From Bacilli bacterium (GTDB taxonomy: Bacteria; Bacillota_I; Bacilli_A; RFN20; CAG-826): a DNA stretch of 64,000 bases. The notes under the pieces are model-generated. The model was not told the DNA's origin. It saw nothing but the letters and a program-made list of their open reading frames with translations, and ran no database searches. Positions 19,051 to 29,409 of the stretch are shown here, one piece after another. Position 1 is the first letter of the stretch, and each line of letters opens with the position of its first letter. The stretch lies in assembly GCA_017635465.1 (NCBI GenBank), contig JAGBLL010000036.1:76078-140077 (forward strand), read 5' to 3'. Both the position numbers and the translations under genes were made by a program.

Positions 19051-22000
19051 ATGCATTATTTATTAATCCTAGATTCTTTCTGGGATAAAGAAATTGCCGC
19101 AGGCTATACCCTTAGGTCAATATTCGAATATTGGTGGATTGGGTTAATTATTATCATTGTTGCGGCGATAGCGCTAGTGGGTACATATTTCTTACTCAAC
19201 TGGCTTTTTGGTCGTATGAAATTTAAAAGTGGCGATCAAGAAGCAGTTGATAATTATGTCAAAGCGCCTAAACAAGAAAAGAAAGAGATTGCTAAAAACA
19301 CAACTGGTGCCGCTAAAAACGTCATCACTTGGAAAAGAATGAGAGTCTGGCTTATCCCAGTAGTGTGTGTTGTGGCGTTATTATCTTCCGCGGCTGCATC
19401 ATTCTTACCTTCCGCTGCTTTTGCTAACTTGATCTTTACTCTTCGTGGTAGTCATGTTGACATCATCGATACAGAAACATCAAGGCAAGCTGCTGCTGAA
19501 GCTGAAAAGAATGTTGTTACTGTGCAAGAAGAAGGTACTGTCTTACTTAAAAATAAAGACAATGCCTTACCACTAGATGTGAACACAAATAAGAAAATTA
19601 ATATCTTTGGTTCATGTGCTTATGGCCTTTTCTTCAATAATGGTGGCTCTGGTGCGTTCCAAACTGATGGTAGAGTTAAGAATTTTCCAAGAACCGCGGT
19701 TAAATTAGAAGAAGCACTTGTGGAAGAAGGCTTTGAAATTAACAATAATTTATTTAACTTGGTTAAAAATTACTATAACGGCAAGAAAGTTTCTGTCGCG
19801 GAAAGTGATTATAAGATTTTCTGTGGCATTAATACATTTGGTTATCCAGAAATCGTTCCTTCTGGTAATGGCGCAAAACTTGATCCAATTGATTATGAAC
19901 TTCCAGTCAGTGCTTATGAAACCGCTTTTAATGAATTAGGTGGTAAGACCGCTCTTGAAGATGCAAAAGCATTCTCAGATACCGCAATATTTGCAATTAC
20001 GCGACACGGTACTGAAAGTGCGGATATGAAATATTCAGAATTAAAGCTTACTAATGCTGAATCCGCCGCTATTGAAATGCTTAAAGCGAATTTTGGTAAA
20101 GTTATTATCTTATTCAATGTTCCAACAGTCGTGGAATCAGAATTCTTAGATGATCCAGAAATAAGCGCTGCTTTATTTATTGGTCATCCAGGTTTAACTG
20201 GCACAAAAGCTATCGCCGAAATCATTTCTGGTAAAGTTAATCCTTCTGGCAAATTAGTGGATACATGGCCATACGATGTTAAAAGCGCACCATCTTACCA
20301 ATGCTTTGGTAACGATACCACATTAACTTATAATTCTGGTGCCGCTAATAGAGCGAAATTCCTTAATTATATTGAAGGTATTTATGTTGGTTATAGATAT
20401 TATGTGACTCGTGCGATGGTTGATGCTGATTATAAATATGAAGATGCAGTCCAATATTCGTTCGGTCATGGCTTAAGCTATACAACATTTGATAAATCTA
20501 TCGCTGAATATAAAGTTGATACAAAAGAACAAAAAGTATCTGTCACTGTTGAAGTGGAAAACACTGGTGCAGTCGCAGGTAAAGATGTCATTGAACTTTA
20601 TACTCACGCTCCATATACACCAGGTGGTATTGAAAAATCATGGTACTCATTAACTGCCTTCCAAAAGACAAATATCATCGAACCAGGTGAAACCAAGGCC
20701 TACAAACTAGAATTTAGTTTTAGAGATATTGCTTCTTGGTCAACTGAAAAAGGCTATTACGTTTTAGAAAAAGGCGATTATGAATTCTCCATTAGAGACA
20801 ATGTTTGGGATATCGCCAAAACAAACAAAAATAATCGTGAAAACGCTAAAACAATGAACCTTGAAGAAGATGTTGAATTCAAAACTTCTTACCAAACTGG
20901 TAAAGCTTATGAAAATATCTTCCAAGAAGTTGAATTTGGTGGTGGTACTGAAAAGAATAAATACTTATCTAGAAATGACTTTGCGGGCACATGGCAAAAT
21001 AAAGCTGACATCCCATTAGCGTCAAACGCTGAAAAGAGTCATTTCCCAGGTGGTCCAAGTAACTCTACATCTTCAAGTTCATTTACATTTCAAGACAATC
21101 AAATTGATGAAGAAACTAAACCACAAGATGTTCCTGCTGGCTTAACTTTAAGAGATTTAAAAGATGCAGCATGGGATGATCCACGTTGGGAAGACTTACT
21201 TAGTCAAATGTCTTTATCAGATATGGATAAATTAGTCGAATATGGTGGTTTCCAAACTGCAGCGATTGATAGTATCGGTAAAACCGCGACCGTTGACTAC
21301 GATGGTCCAAGCGCGGCTTTCCATTCAGGCACAGGTCACCCAAGTGAAGTTATCGTTGCCTGTTCATGGTCAACTGACGTCGCTAGAGTTATGGGTGAAT
21401 CAATTGGTAGAGAAGGCGCCGCTAGAGGCTTAACTGGCTGGTATGCTCCTGGTATCAATACCCATCGTTCACCATTTGGTGGCAGAAACTTTGAATATTA
21501 TTCAGAAGATCCATTAATTTCAGGTCTTATGGCGGGATATACTGCGCAAGGCACAATGAAATATGGTGTTTATACATACGCTAAGCACTTTATGTGCAAC
21601 GACCAAGAATATAACCGTGCTGGTGTCTTTGTTTGGGCAACCGAACAAGCACTTAGAGAAATCTATGCCCGTGGCTTTGAACTTTATAGTGATTTAGGCG
21701 GCATGGGTATGATGTCTGCTTACAATAGCATCGGTTCTTGGTGGTGTGGTGGTAGTGAAGCCTTATTAACAAAATTATTAAGAGAAGAATGGGGCTTCCA
21801 TGGTGTTGTCGTTACTGACTACGCTGGTAGTGATTACATGGCAACGCACATCGGCTTAAGAGCAGGTAATGACATGTGGTTAACTCCTAGCCAATTACCA
21901 GCCGCTATTAAACCTTCAAGAGTGCGTTCGGCTTGCCCACATGATGGCGCAATCCTTGTGAGAAGAGCGGCGAAAAATATCCTCTTTGCCTGCGCTCATA

Positions 22001-22077
22001 GCAACAATGTCTGGAATGAGGAAGATTATGCTGCTGTTGACATTCCAGAAATCGTCAAGGCCGGCGATGGTCATTAA
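19051..22077 (+). CDS. GH3 beta-glycosidase 1, permuted domain order, two N-terminal TM segments
   Basis: EEGTVLLKN and VNPSGKLVDT (sandwich domain) come first, then EGIYVGYRY/FnIII-like, then GRNFEYYSEDP, KHF and VVTDY (barrel, nucleophile Asp). Confidence 0.9.
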   Translation: MHYLLILDSFWDKEIAAGYTLRSIFEYWWIGLIIIIVAAIALVGTYFLLNWLFGRMKFKSGDQEAVDNYVKAPKQEKKEIAKNTTGAAKNVITWKRMRVWLIPVVCVVALLSSAAASFLPSAAFANLIFTLRGSHVDIIDTETSRQAAAEAEKNVVTVQEEGTVLLKNKDNALPLDVNTNKKINIFGSCAYGLFFNNGGSGAFQTDGRVKNFPRTAVKLEEALVEEGFEINNNLFNLVKNYYNGKKVSVAESDYKIFCGINTFGYPEIVPSGNGAKLDPIDYELPVSAYETAFNELGGKTALEDAKAFSDTAIFAITRHGTESADMKYSELKLTNAESAAIEMLKANFGKVIILFNVPTVVESEFLDDPEISAALFIGHPGLTGTKAIAEIISGKVNPSGKLVDTWPYDVKSAPSYQCFGNDTTLTYNSGAANRAKFLNYIEGIYVGYRYYVTRAMVDADYKYEDAVQYSFGHGLSYTTFDKSIAEYKVDTKEQKVSVTVEVENTGAVAGKDVIELYTHAPYTPGGIEKSWYSLTAFQKTNIIEPGETKAYKLEFSFRDIASWSTEKGYYVLEKGDYEFSIRDNVWDIAKTNKNNRENAKTMNLEEDVEFKTSYQTGKAYENIFQEVEFGGGTEKNKYLSRNDFAGTWQNKADIPLASNAEKSHFPGGPSNSTSSSSFTFQDNQIDEETKPQDVPAGLTLRDLKDAAWDDPRWEDLLSQMSLSDMDKLVEYGGFQTAAIDSIGKTATVDYDGPSAAFHSGTGHPSEVIVACSWSTDVARVMGESIGREGAARGLTGWYAPGINTHRSPFGGRNFEYYSEDPLISGLMAGYTAQGTMKYGVYTYAKHFMCNDQEYNRAGVFVWATEQALREIYARGFELYSDLGGMGMMSAYNSIGSWWCGGSEALLTKLLREEWGFHGVVVTDYAGSDYMATHIGLRAGNDMWLTPSQLPAAIKPSRVRSACPHDGAILVRRAAKNILFACAHSNNVWNEEDYAAVDIPEIVKAGDGH

Positions 22078-22080
22078 TTA

Positions 22081-22127
22081 ATAAAAATCCTTTCTCGGGG
22101 AGGGGCGTGTACGCGCCTCTCTTTTTT
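22081..22127 (+). terminator. 3' element copy A: anti-SD tract plus GC hairpin terminator
   Basis: ataaaaatcctttctc then gaggggcgtg ... cgcctctc-tttttt. Confidence 0.75.
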
Positions 22128-22137
22128 ACATTATGAG

Positions 22138-22172
22138 TGTAAGGTTATGCACAATAATCGCAATGTTATGCA
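22138..22172 (+). promoter_or_regulatory. Candidate LytTR box (type 1): direct repeat with 21-bp period
   Basis: tgtaaggttatgca (22138) and cgcaatgttatgca (22159); the same motif occurs at 27525/27546. Confidence 0.65.
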
Positions 22173-22299
22173 TTTAGATTGCGTAAAATTGTCATTAATT
22201 GTTATAGTATTAGCGAACTTGTTAAAACATGGATTTTGTCGAAATTCGACTTTTCTATGCTTTAACGCACATAAATATAAGAAGAAAAGGAGAATATTT

Positions 22300-25293
22300 A
22301 TGAATTTACCTATCTTAGAGTCTTTCTTTGATAAGCCATTAATTGCTGGTTATTCCCTTGCCTCCATTTTCCAATATTGGTGGGTCGGCTTAATCATCAT
22401 TATCGTGGCTGCGGTAGCTCTCGTTGGTGTCTATTTCCTTCTCAACTGGCTCTTTGGCCGTATGAGATTCAAAGAAGGCGACAAAGAAGCTTTAAAAGCT
22501 TATGACCAAGCTCCACGCGCTGAAAAGAAAGAAGCTGCTAAGTCAGCAAAAGGTCCAGTGAAAAATGTTATCACTTGGAAGAGAATGAGGGGTTGGTTAA
22601 TTCCAGTAGTGTGTGTTGTCGCATTATTATCATCCGCGGCGGCATCATTCTTACCATCCAACGCATTCCAAAACTTATTAACAACATTAAAAGGTAGTGC
22701 TGTTGAAATTATTGATACACCTACCTCAAAAGAAGCTGCTGCTCAAGCAGAAAAGAACGTCGTGTCCATTCAAGAAGAAGGCACAGTTCTCTTAAAGAAC
22801 AAAAACAAATCCTTACCACTCAACTTAGAAACCAATAAGAAAGTTAACATCTTTGGTTCATGTGCTTTCGGTTTATTCTATGGTAATGGTGGTTCTGGTT
22901 CCTTCCAAACTGATGGTCGTGTTAAATCCTTCCCAAGAACTGCTTTAAAACTTGAACAAGCAATGAAAGATGAAGGCTTCGAAATTAACGAAAACATCTT
23001 CAACATGATCAAGAATTACTATTCTAGTAATAAGAGAACAATCTCTGTTGCCCCATCAGATTACGATATTCAATGTGGTTTCAACAAATACAACTACTCT
23101 GAAATCGTTTCTAGTAAGGCTCCATATGATTATGAACCTCCAGTTTCTGCTTATGAAACACCATTTGATGAATTAGGTGGTAAAACATTATTAGAAGATG
23201 CTTTAGACTTCTCTGATACCGCTATCTTCTGTATCACAAGACGTGGTTCCGAAGACGAAGATATGAACCTCAGAGATTTACAACTCAAATCTAACGAAAT
23301 CGCTGCTATCGAAATGCTCGAAGAGAACTTTGAAAAAGTCATTATCTTATTAAACGTTCCAACAGTTATCGAATCCGAATTCTTAGATGACACAGAAATC
23401 GACGCCGCTGTTTATATGGGTCACCCAGGTTTAACTGGTACCAAAGCAGTTGCCGAAATTCTCGCCGGTAAAGTCAACCCATCCGGTCACTTAGTTGACA
23501 CATGGCCATATGATGTTAAGAGTGCTCCATCTTACCAAAACTTTGGTAATGACACCACATTAACATATACTTCTGGTGCGGCTAATAGAGCTAAATTCAC
23601 CAACTACCAAGAAGGTATCTATGTTGGTTACAGATACTATGTTACCGCCGCTAAAGCTGGCTATATCGATTACAATGATGAAGTTCAATTCTCATTCGGT
23701 CACGGCTTAAGTTATACAACATTTGATAAATCCATCGCTGAATTCAAAGTGGATGAAGCAAATCAAAAAGTTGAAGTCACAGTCGAAGTTAAGAATACTG
23801 GTGAAGTCGCTGGTAAAGATGTTATCCAACTCTATACCCACGCTCCATATATCCCAGGTGGTATTGAAAAATCATATTATTCCTTAACTGCTTTCCAAAA
23901 GACAAACGTCATCGAACCAGGTGAAACAAAAGCTTACAAATTAGAATTCTCATTCAGAGACATCGCTTCTTGGAGCACCGCTAAAGGTTACTATGTCTTA
24001 GAAAAAGGCGAATACGAATTCTCCGTTAGAGAAAACGTTTGGGATCTTGCTAAGACAGACGTTAAAGGTAGAGAAAACGCTAAGATTTTCGATCTAAAAG
24101 AAGAAGTCGAATTCAAGAAATCTTACCAAACAGGTAAAGAATACGCCAACATCTTCCAAGATGTCGAATTCGGTGGTACAGATACAAAGAACGTCTACGT
24201 TTCTAGAAACGATTTCGCAGGTACAATTCAAAAAACCGCTGATATCAATAGAGCATCTGCCGCTGACGCAAGTCATTTCCCAGGTGGTGCCTCTAACCAA
24301 ACAGCTGGTCGTTCATTCTCATATCAAGACAACCAAATCGAAGGTGAATTAAGAGAACAAGGTAAAGACAATGGTCTCAAATTCAATGATTTCAAGAATG
24401 CAGCATGGGATGATCCACGCTGGGAAAATTTAATTGACCAAATGTCCATTAAAGATTTACAAGATATCGTTGACCAAGGTTCCTTCAAAACCGCTAAGAT
24501 TGATAGCATCGGCAAAGCCGGTACAACTGACTACGATGGTCCTGGTGCGGCCTTCCACTCTGGTACAGGTCACCCAAGTGAAGTTGTCGTTGCCTGTTCA
24601 TGGGATTTAGAAACCGCTAAAGTTATGGGCGAATCCATCGGTAGAGAAGGTGCTTCCCGTGGCTTAACAGGTTGGTATGCTCCTGGTATCAATACTCACC
24701 GTTCACCATTCGGTGGTAGAAACTTCGAATATTATTCAGAAGATCCACTCATCGCTGGTTTAATGGCTGGTTACACCTCTCAAGGTGCTGCTAAATACGG
24801 TGTCTATTGTTATGCCAAACACTTCTTATGTAACGAACAAGAAAATAGCCGTGCTGGTGTCTTCGTTTGGGCAAGCGAACAAGCATTAAGAGAAATCTAT
24901 GCTCGTGGCTTCGAAATCTACGTTGACTTAGGTGGTTTAGGCCTCATGTCCTCCTTCAACTGTGTCGGTTCCTGGTGGGCTGGTGGTAATGAAGCTTTAT
25001 TAACAACTCTCTTAAGAGAAGAATGGGGCTTCCACGGTGTCGTCGTTACAGACTATGCTGGTCCAGACTACATGGCCACAAATATCGGCTTAAGAGCTGG
25101 TAATGACTTATGGTTAAATAAAGCTGGTTATGCTGCTAGCAATACATATAGCGCTACTCCACATGATGCTACAATCCTCATGAGAAGAGCTGCTAAGAAC
25201 ATCCTCTACGCCTGCGCTCACTCCAACAACGTTTGGACAGCAGAAGACTACAAGGCTGTCGGTATTGACGAAGTTGTCAAAACAAATAGCTAA
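22300..25293 (+). CDS. GH3 beta-glycosidase 2, tandem paralog of GH3-1
   Basis: Collinear with GH3-1 and shares long identical stretches; KHF and VVTDY intact. Start at ATG 22300 behind aaaggag, matching the GH3-1 N-terminus. Confidence 0.9.
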   Translation: MNLPILESFFDKPLIAGYSLASIFQYWWVGLIIIIVAAVALVGVYFLLNWLFGRMRFKEGDKEALKAYDQAPRAEKKEAAKSAKGPVKNVITWKRMRGWLIPVVCVVALLSSAAASFLPSNAFQNLLTTLKGSAVEIIDTPTSKEAAAQAEKNVVSIQEEGTVLLKNKNKSLPLNLETNKKVNIFGSCAFGLFYGNGGSGSFQTDGRVKSFPRTALKLEQAMKDEGFEINENIFNMIKNYYSSNKRTISVAPSDYDIQCGFNKYNYSEIVSSKAPYDYEPPVSAYETPFDELGGKTLLEDALDFSDTAIFCITRRGSEDEDMNLRDLQLKSNEIAAIEMLEENFEKVIILLNVPTVIESEFLDDTEIDAAVYMGHPGLTGTKAVAEILAGKVNPSGHLVDTWPYDVKSAPSYQNFGNDTTLTYTSGAANRAKFTNYQEGIYVGYRYYVTAAKAGYIDYNDEVQFSFGHGLSYTTFDKSIAEFKVDEANQKVEVTVEVKNTGEVAGKDVIQLYTHAPYIPGGIEKSYYSLTAFQKTNVIEPGETKAYKLEFSFRDIASWSTAKGYYVLEKGEYEFSVRENVWDLAKTDVKGRENAKIFDLKEEVEFKKSYQTGKEYANIFQDVEFGGTDTKNVYVSRNDFAGTIQKTADINRASAADASHFPGGASNQTAGRSFSYQDNQIEGELREQGKDNGLKFNDFKNAAWDDPRWENLIDQMSIKDLQDIVDQGSFKTAKIDSIGKAGTTDYDGPGAAFHSGTGHPSEVVVACSWDLETAKVMGESIGREGASRGLTGWYAPGINTHRSPFGGRNFEYYSEDPLIAGLMAGYTSQGAAKYGVYCYAKHFLCNEQENSRAGVFVWASEQALREIYARGFEIYVDLGGLGLMSSFNCVGSWWAGGNEALLTTLLREEWGFHGVVVTDYAGPDYMATNIGLRAGNDLWLNKAGYAASNTYSATPHDATILMRRAAKNILYACAHSNNVWTAEDYKAVGIDEVVKTNS

Positions 25294-25308
25294 TTCAATC
25301 AACATCTA

Positions 25309-25354
25309 ATAGAAACAAACCCCAAATCCTGCTGGGAGGCGGGGTTTGTTCTAT
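25309..25354 (+). terminator. Long hairpin terminator after GH3-2
   Basis: atagaaacaaacccc ... ggggtttgttctat inverted repeat. Confidence 0.6.
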
Positions 25355-25388
25355 CTTTATGCCAATTTAATTGGTATAATAAAAAACA

Positions 25389-26117
25389 ATGAGCGAAACA
25401 TACATCAATATTGCTGTCGTGGAAGATTCCGCTGACGATTTAAACAATTGCTTGGCTTTACTAGATCGCTATAGTAATGAAAAGCATCTAAAATTTGACA
25501 TCCAAACATTCAATAGTGGCGATGCGTTTTTAATGCGTTTCAAAAGCCAATATGACTTCATCATTTTAGACATCAACTTGTCCTCACTTAATGGCATTGA
25601 TGTGGCAAGAACGATTAGAGAAAAAGATGAAGAAGTAATTATTATGTTCGCTACCAATTTAGCAAAATATGCGACTTCTGGTTATGAAGTCGACGCTATA
25701 GACTTTGTATTAAAGCCCTTATCCTATGCTTCTTTCTATTTGAGACTAGAAAGAGTGATGAAAAAGTTAAAGAAGAAAGATGACTTCTTCATCGTTGTAC
25801 CATTCGAAGGTGGCTTTAACAAAATTAATATTAATGATGTCCTCTATGTTGAAGTTATATCTCATGACATAATCTTCCATCTAGTGGATGGTAATGAGAT
25901 TACAACCTCAGGCACATTGAAGAAATACGAAGAGGAATTAAAAAAGCATTGGTTCATTAGATGCAATTCCTGCTATCTAGTTAACGCTCATAAAATTAAA
26001 CGCGTTGAAAAACTTGATATCCAATTAACTAATGACGAAACCATTGCGATCTCTCACCCAAAAAGAAAAGGTTTTATGGAAGCCTTTAAGAAATACATTA
26101 TTGAAGAAGGCAAATAG
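25389..26117 (+). CDS. LytTR-family response regulator 1
   Basis: Receiver motifs VVED, ILDI and KP; C-terminal LytTR FIRCNSCYLVN. Confidence 0.92.
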   Translation: MSETYINIAVVEDSADDLNNCLALLDRYSNEKHLKFDIQTFNSGDAFLMRFKSQYDFIILDINLSSLNGIDVARTIREKDEEVIIMFATNLAKYATSGYEVDAIDFVLKPLSYASFYLRLERVMKKLKKKDDFFIVVPFEGGFNKININDVLYVEVISHDIIFHLVDGNEITTSGTLKKYEEELKKHWFIRCNSCYLVNAHKIKRVEKLDIQLTNDETIAISHPKRKGFMEAFKKYIIEEGK

Positions 26118-26119
26118 AC

Positions 26120-27454
26120 ATGTTTACACTTGATACATTGCTCACAATGTTTATCTCGTTCACAATCGAGATCATTGTGGCTGGTGTGATGTTAATTAAG
26201 CATCCTCTAACATTTAGGTTTAAACCATACATTTCTATCCCTGTTGGCCTTTTGATTGCCTGCAGTGGTGGTGCTTTTAGTATTGTCTTTGTCTACTCGA
26301 TTCTTAAACATTGGAATGAAGTGCTTAATGTCGTTTTTTATACTATTCCAATTTTGACCATTTTCTGTGGTTTCTTATTTGCCTATAAAATTAGTCCATT
26401 AAACTTAATGCTACTTCTTTCTGTAGCATATACTTTCCAACACATGGCTTATCAATCAGGTGTTATTGTTTTAGACACTGGTTTAAGCACACAGATATTC
26501 TATGGAGTTGGTGGCGATATCAACCTCTATAATTTCTTCTATAATTTAATTCTTTACACGATTAAAGCGGGTGTCTATGTTGCTTGCTATTTCTCAATCG
26601 CTAGAACATATGTTAAATATTCAAAATACATTTTAGGAAGATGGTTTGTCATCACTCTTGGTGTAATGGTGTTCTTAGTTGTTAATGTTGTTAACGTTTA
26701 TGTCGCACAACATTTATATACCTTTGCGTTATTAAGAGGCATCTTATCAGGCACAATTATCTTATTCTGTATCTTATTTGATCTTGTTGTTGTTGGTGGC
26801 TTCAGAGTGGTTGAACATCGTCAAGAATCCACAATTATCAAAGCTACACTTAACGCTAAAGTGAGACAACAAGAAATGATGGAGAGCAATATCAACTTCA
26901 TCAACATGAAATGTCATGACTTAAGAAAAGAATTAAAAAGATTAAAAGCTAAGAAAGGCGATTTAAAAGATGAAGACTTCTGCATGCTTGAAGAATCACT
27001 TAACTTCTATGATAGTTCTGTTAAAACAGGTAACGTTAATATCGACGCTTTAATCCAAGATAAACTTATTTATTGTAACGCCGTTGGTATTGAATTCACT
27101 TCCTTAGTGGATGGTGATGCCTTTAAAGATTTAGCGACATCTGATATCTATTTCATGCTCACTAATATTATCGATAACGCTATTGAAGCGACAGAAAATA
27201 TTGAAGAAAAAGAACATCGTGTCATCTCTTTGACCGCTTCAAGAAAACAAGGTGTCTTAGTCATTGAAGAAACAAATTATTACCGTGGCAAATTAGTGTT
27301 CAATAGTGATGGATCAATTAAGACCACTAAAGAAGACAATCAGAAATACCATGGTTATGGTACAAAATCGATTGCCTATGTCGTTAAAAAATATCATGGT
27401 ACGATGTACTATGACACTAAAGATGAAATCTTTAAACTTAAGATTGTTATCTGA
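26120..27454 (+). CDS. Membrane histidine kinase 1 (AgrC-like GHKL)
   Basis: Multi-TM N-terminus; H-box KCHDLRK; N-box NIIDNAIEA; G-box HGYGTKSI. Confidence 0.9.
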   Translation: MFTLDTLLTMFISFTIEIIVAGVMLIKHPLTFRFKPYISIPVGLLIACSGGAFSIVFVYSILKHWNEVLNVVFYTIPILTIFCGFLFAYKISPLNLMLLLSVAYTFQHMAYQSGVIVLDTGLSTQIFYGVGGDINLYNFFYNLILYTIKAGVYVACYFSIARTYVKYSKYILGRWFVITLGVMVFLVVNVVNVYVAQHLYTFALLRGILSGTIILFCILFDLVVVGGFRVVEHRQESTIIKATLNAKVRQQEMMESNINFINMKCHDLRKELKRLKAKKGDLKDEDFCMLEESLNFYDSSVKTGNVNIDALIQDKLIYCNAVGIEFTSLVDGDAFKDLATSDIYFMLTNIIDNAIEATENIEEKEHRVISLTASRKQGVLVIEETNYYRGKLVFNSDGSIKTTKEDNQKYHGYGTKSIAYVVKKYHGTMYYDTKDEIFKLKIVI

Positions 27455-27477
27455 TTATTCTTAAAAAGAGATAAAAT

Positions 27478-27513
27478 AAGCACGATGCAAAATATGATTA
27501 TCGTGCTTTTTTT
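27478..27513 (+). terminator. Intrinsic terminator after TCS-1
   Basis: aagcacgat ... atcgtgctt followed by a T-run. Confidence 0.7.
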
Positions 27514-27524
27514 ACATGCACAAA

Positions 27525-27559
27525 TGTAAGATTATGCATAAATGATGTAAACTTACGCA
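27525..27559 (+). promoter_or_regulatory. Candidate LytTR box (type 1) upstream of the lipoprotein operon
   Basis: tgtaagattatgca (27525) and tgtaaacttacgca (27546), 21-bp period. Confidence 0.65.
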
Positions 27560-27754
27560 AGATATATTTTTTATTGTTTTATTCTGCTTTATGATGTTCT
27601 CGAATCAAAAATACTTGGCAAATCTTTTTATTCGCGGTTTTATTCTTGTGATTTGAAGACTTGTTAAAGTATGACACATAAAATGCTTATTTATTAAGAA
27701 GGAATAGTTCTATCCTCTTAGTAAAACTCATTTTTTGAGAAAGGAAAAAACATA

Positions 27755-29344
27755 ATGAAAACAAAAAAAGCATTACTTCCAATCTTAGCGAGTGCCTTAA
27801 TGCTCACAATGGGTCTTGCTGCTTGTAACAAACCAGCAGAAGGCTCAAAACCAGGTGAAAGCAGCACTCCAGTAGAAACTTCTACAGGTACAGAAGAAAA
27901 AATCGTTGTCACCTCTGCCGGTGATAAAAAAGAAATCCAAGTTGGTGAAACATTACAACTCTCCGCTAGTGTTGAAGGTGTTGAATGGTCAACAAAGAGC
28001 ACTGATATCGTCAGTGTTGACGCTAAAGGTTTAGTTACAGCATTAAGCGCTGGTTCAGCAAGAATCACCGCTAAGAAAGATGGCTATGCCAATGGTAGTA
28101 TCACAATTACAGTTACCAAAGCTCCAGATAGAGCCGCTAAATATGCAATCGGTTTAGAAGATGCTGATCACTATTCACCAACAGATTCTTGGGGCGCATC
28201 ATACGGCAAAGCCGATCCAGATACTCCAGTCGAAAACAATAGTGGCGCAACAGCCGACAGCACCAACCTTGGTTGGTTCTCAAATGGTTGTAAAGAAACA
28301 TTAACTTTCACATCCAATAAAGAATTCAATGCCGAAATTGGTGTCACAATGGCTTACAGTTCTGCGATGGATTTAAGTGGTTTATTAAAAGTTACATTCA
28401 ACGATGCTGAAATCAGCATGGATGGTAAATCCACAGAAGCTCCTGACACAGAAGGTAGCTACTATGAATTCAAAACCGTTTCATTCGGTCAACAAAAGAT
28501 TAAAAACGGCAATAACGTTTTAGTTATCGAAGTTATTGGTAACCAAGCTCCAAATATGGACGAATTCAGAATCTTCACAGAAGAAACCGCTGAAATCAAA
28601 GTTGTTAAACCAGTAGTCTTAGAAAAGATCGTTGTTACTCCAGCTTCCGCTACTATCGATGTCGGTAAATCACAACAATTAACAACCACAACAGAAGGCG
28701 TTACTTATACATCTTCTGATGCTACAGTTGCTTCTGTTAGTAATACTGGTTTAGTCTCAGGTCTTAAAGCTGGTACAGCTGAAATCACCGTTTCTAAAGA
28801 AGGCATGAGAGACGCTAAGGTCTCTATTAGAGTTAAAGAAGTTCGTACATCAGTCGTTCACCAATTAGTGGCTGGTCAAGTCGTCCGTATGGAAGCTGAA
28901 ACAGCTGACTTCTACAACGAAGCTGGTAAATGGGGTCAAGACATTAGTGGTCAATGGAGTGGTCCAAACCACGACCAAGGCGATACACCAATCGAAGATC
29001 AAGAAACCGCATCTGGTGGTATGTCCTTAGGTTACTTCAACCAAACAAGTAAGATGACATTACATATGAACTCACCAAAAGCTGGTACAATCTCTCTCAA
29101 GTTATGTGGCGCTAACGCTGCTGACTTCGATTTAGCTGCTGGTGCAACAATCAAAGTTAATGATGTCGCAATCGATTTAACAGGTAAAGTTGTTACCGGT
29201 GGTGGTGAAAATACTTACTACGACTGGAAAGTTGTCGATTTAGGTAATGCTGCTGTTGTTAGTGGTGATACAAACACATTCGTTCTCGAAATCACTGCTT
29301 CACAAGGCTTCAATATCGACTACGTCGAAGCTACATTAGCCTAA
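27755..29344 (+). CDS. Lipoprotein with two [Ig-like Big_2 + CBM6/CBM35-like] modules; probably non-catalytic glycan binder
   Basis: Lipobox LAAC; two Big_2 repeats (VEWS..IVSVDAKGLVTA; VTYTSSDATVASVSNTGLV); two jelly-roll-like modules (LEDAD...PNMDEF; MEAETAD...ASGG..LGY...FNIDYVE). Confidence 0.7.
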   Translation: MKTKKALLPILASALMLTMGLAACNKPAEGSKPGESSTPVETSTGTEEKIVVTSAGDKKEIQVGETLQLSASVEGVEWSTKSTDIVSVDAKGLVTALSAGSARITAKKDGYANGSITITVTKAPDRAAKYAIGLEDADHYSPTDSWGASYGKADPDTPVENNSGATADSTNLGWFSNGCKETLTFTSNKEFNAEIGVTMAYSSAMDLSGLLKVTFNDAEISMDGKSTEAPDTEGSYYEFKTVSFGQQKIKNGNNVLVIEVIGNQAPNMDEFRIFTEETAEIKVVKPVVLEKIVVTPASATIDVGKSQQLTTTTEGVTYTSSDATVASVSNTGLVSGLKAGTAEITVSKEGMRDAKVSIRVKEVRTSVVHQLVAGQVVRMEAETADFYNEAGKWGQDISGQWSGPNHDQGDTPIEDQETASGGMSLGYFNQTSKMTLHMNSPKAGTISLKLCGANAADFDLAAGATIKVNDVAIDLTGKVVTGGGENTYYDWKVVDLGNAAVVSGDTNTFVLEITASQGFNIDYVEATLA

Positions 29345-29371
29345 TCCGTAATTATTAAGTGAAAGGAAATA

Positions 29372-29395
29372 GAGGGTTTGGGCAACCAAGCCCTC
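29372..29395 (+). other. Intercistronic stem-loop with GNRA tetraloop
   Basis: gagggtttgg-gcaa-ccaagccctc between two co-oriented lipoprotein genes, with no real U-tract. Confidence 0.6.
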
Positions 29396-29409
29396 TTAAT
29401 TAGTAAACT

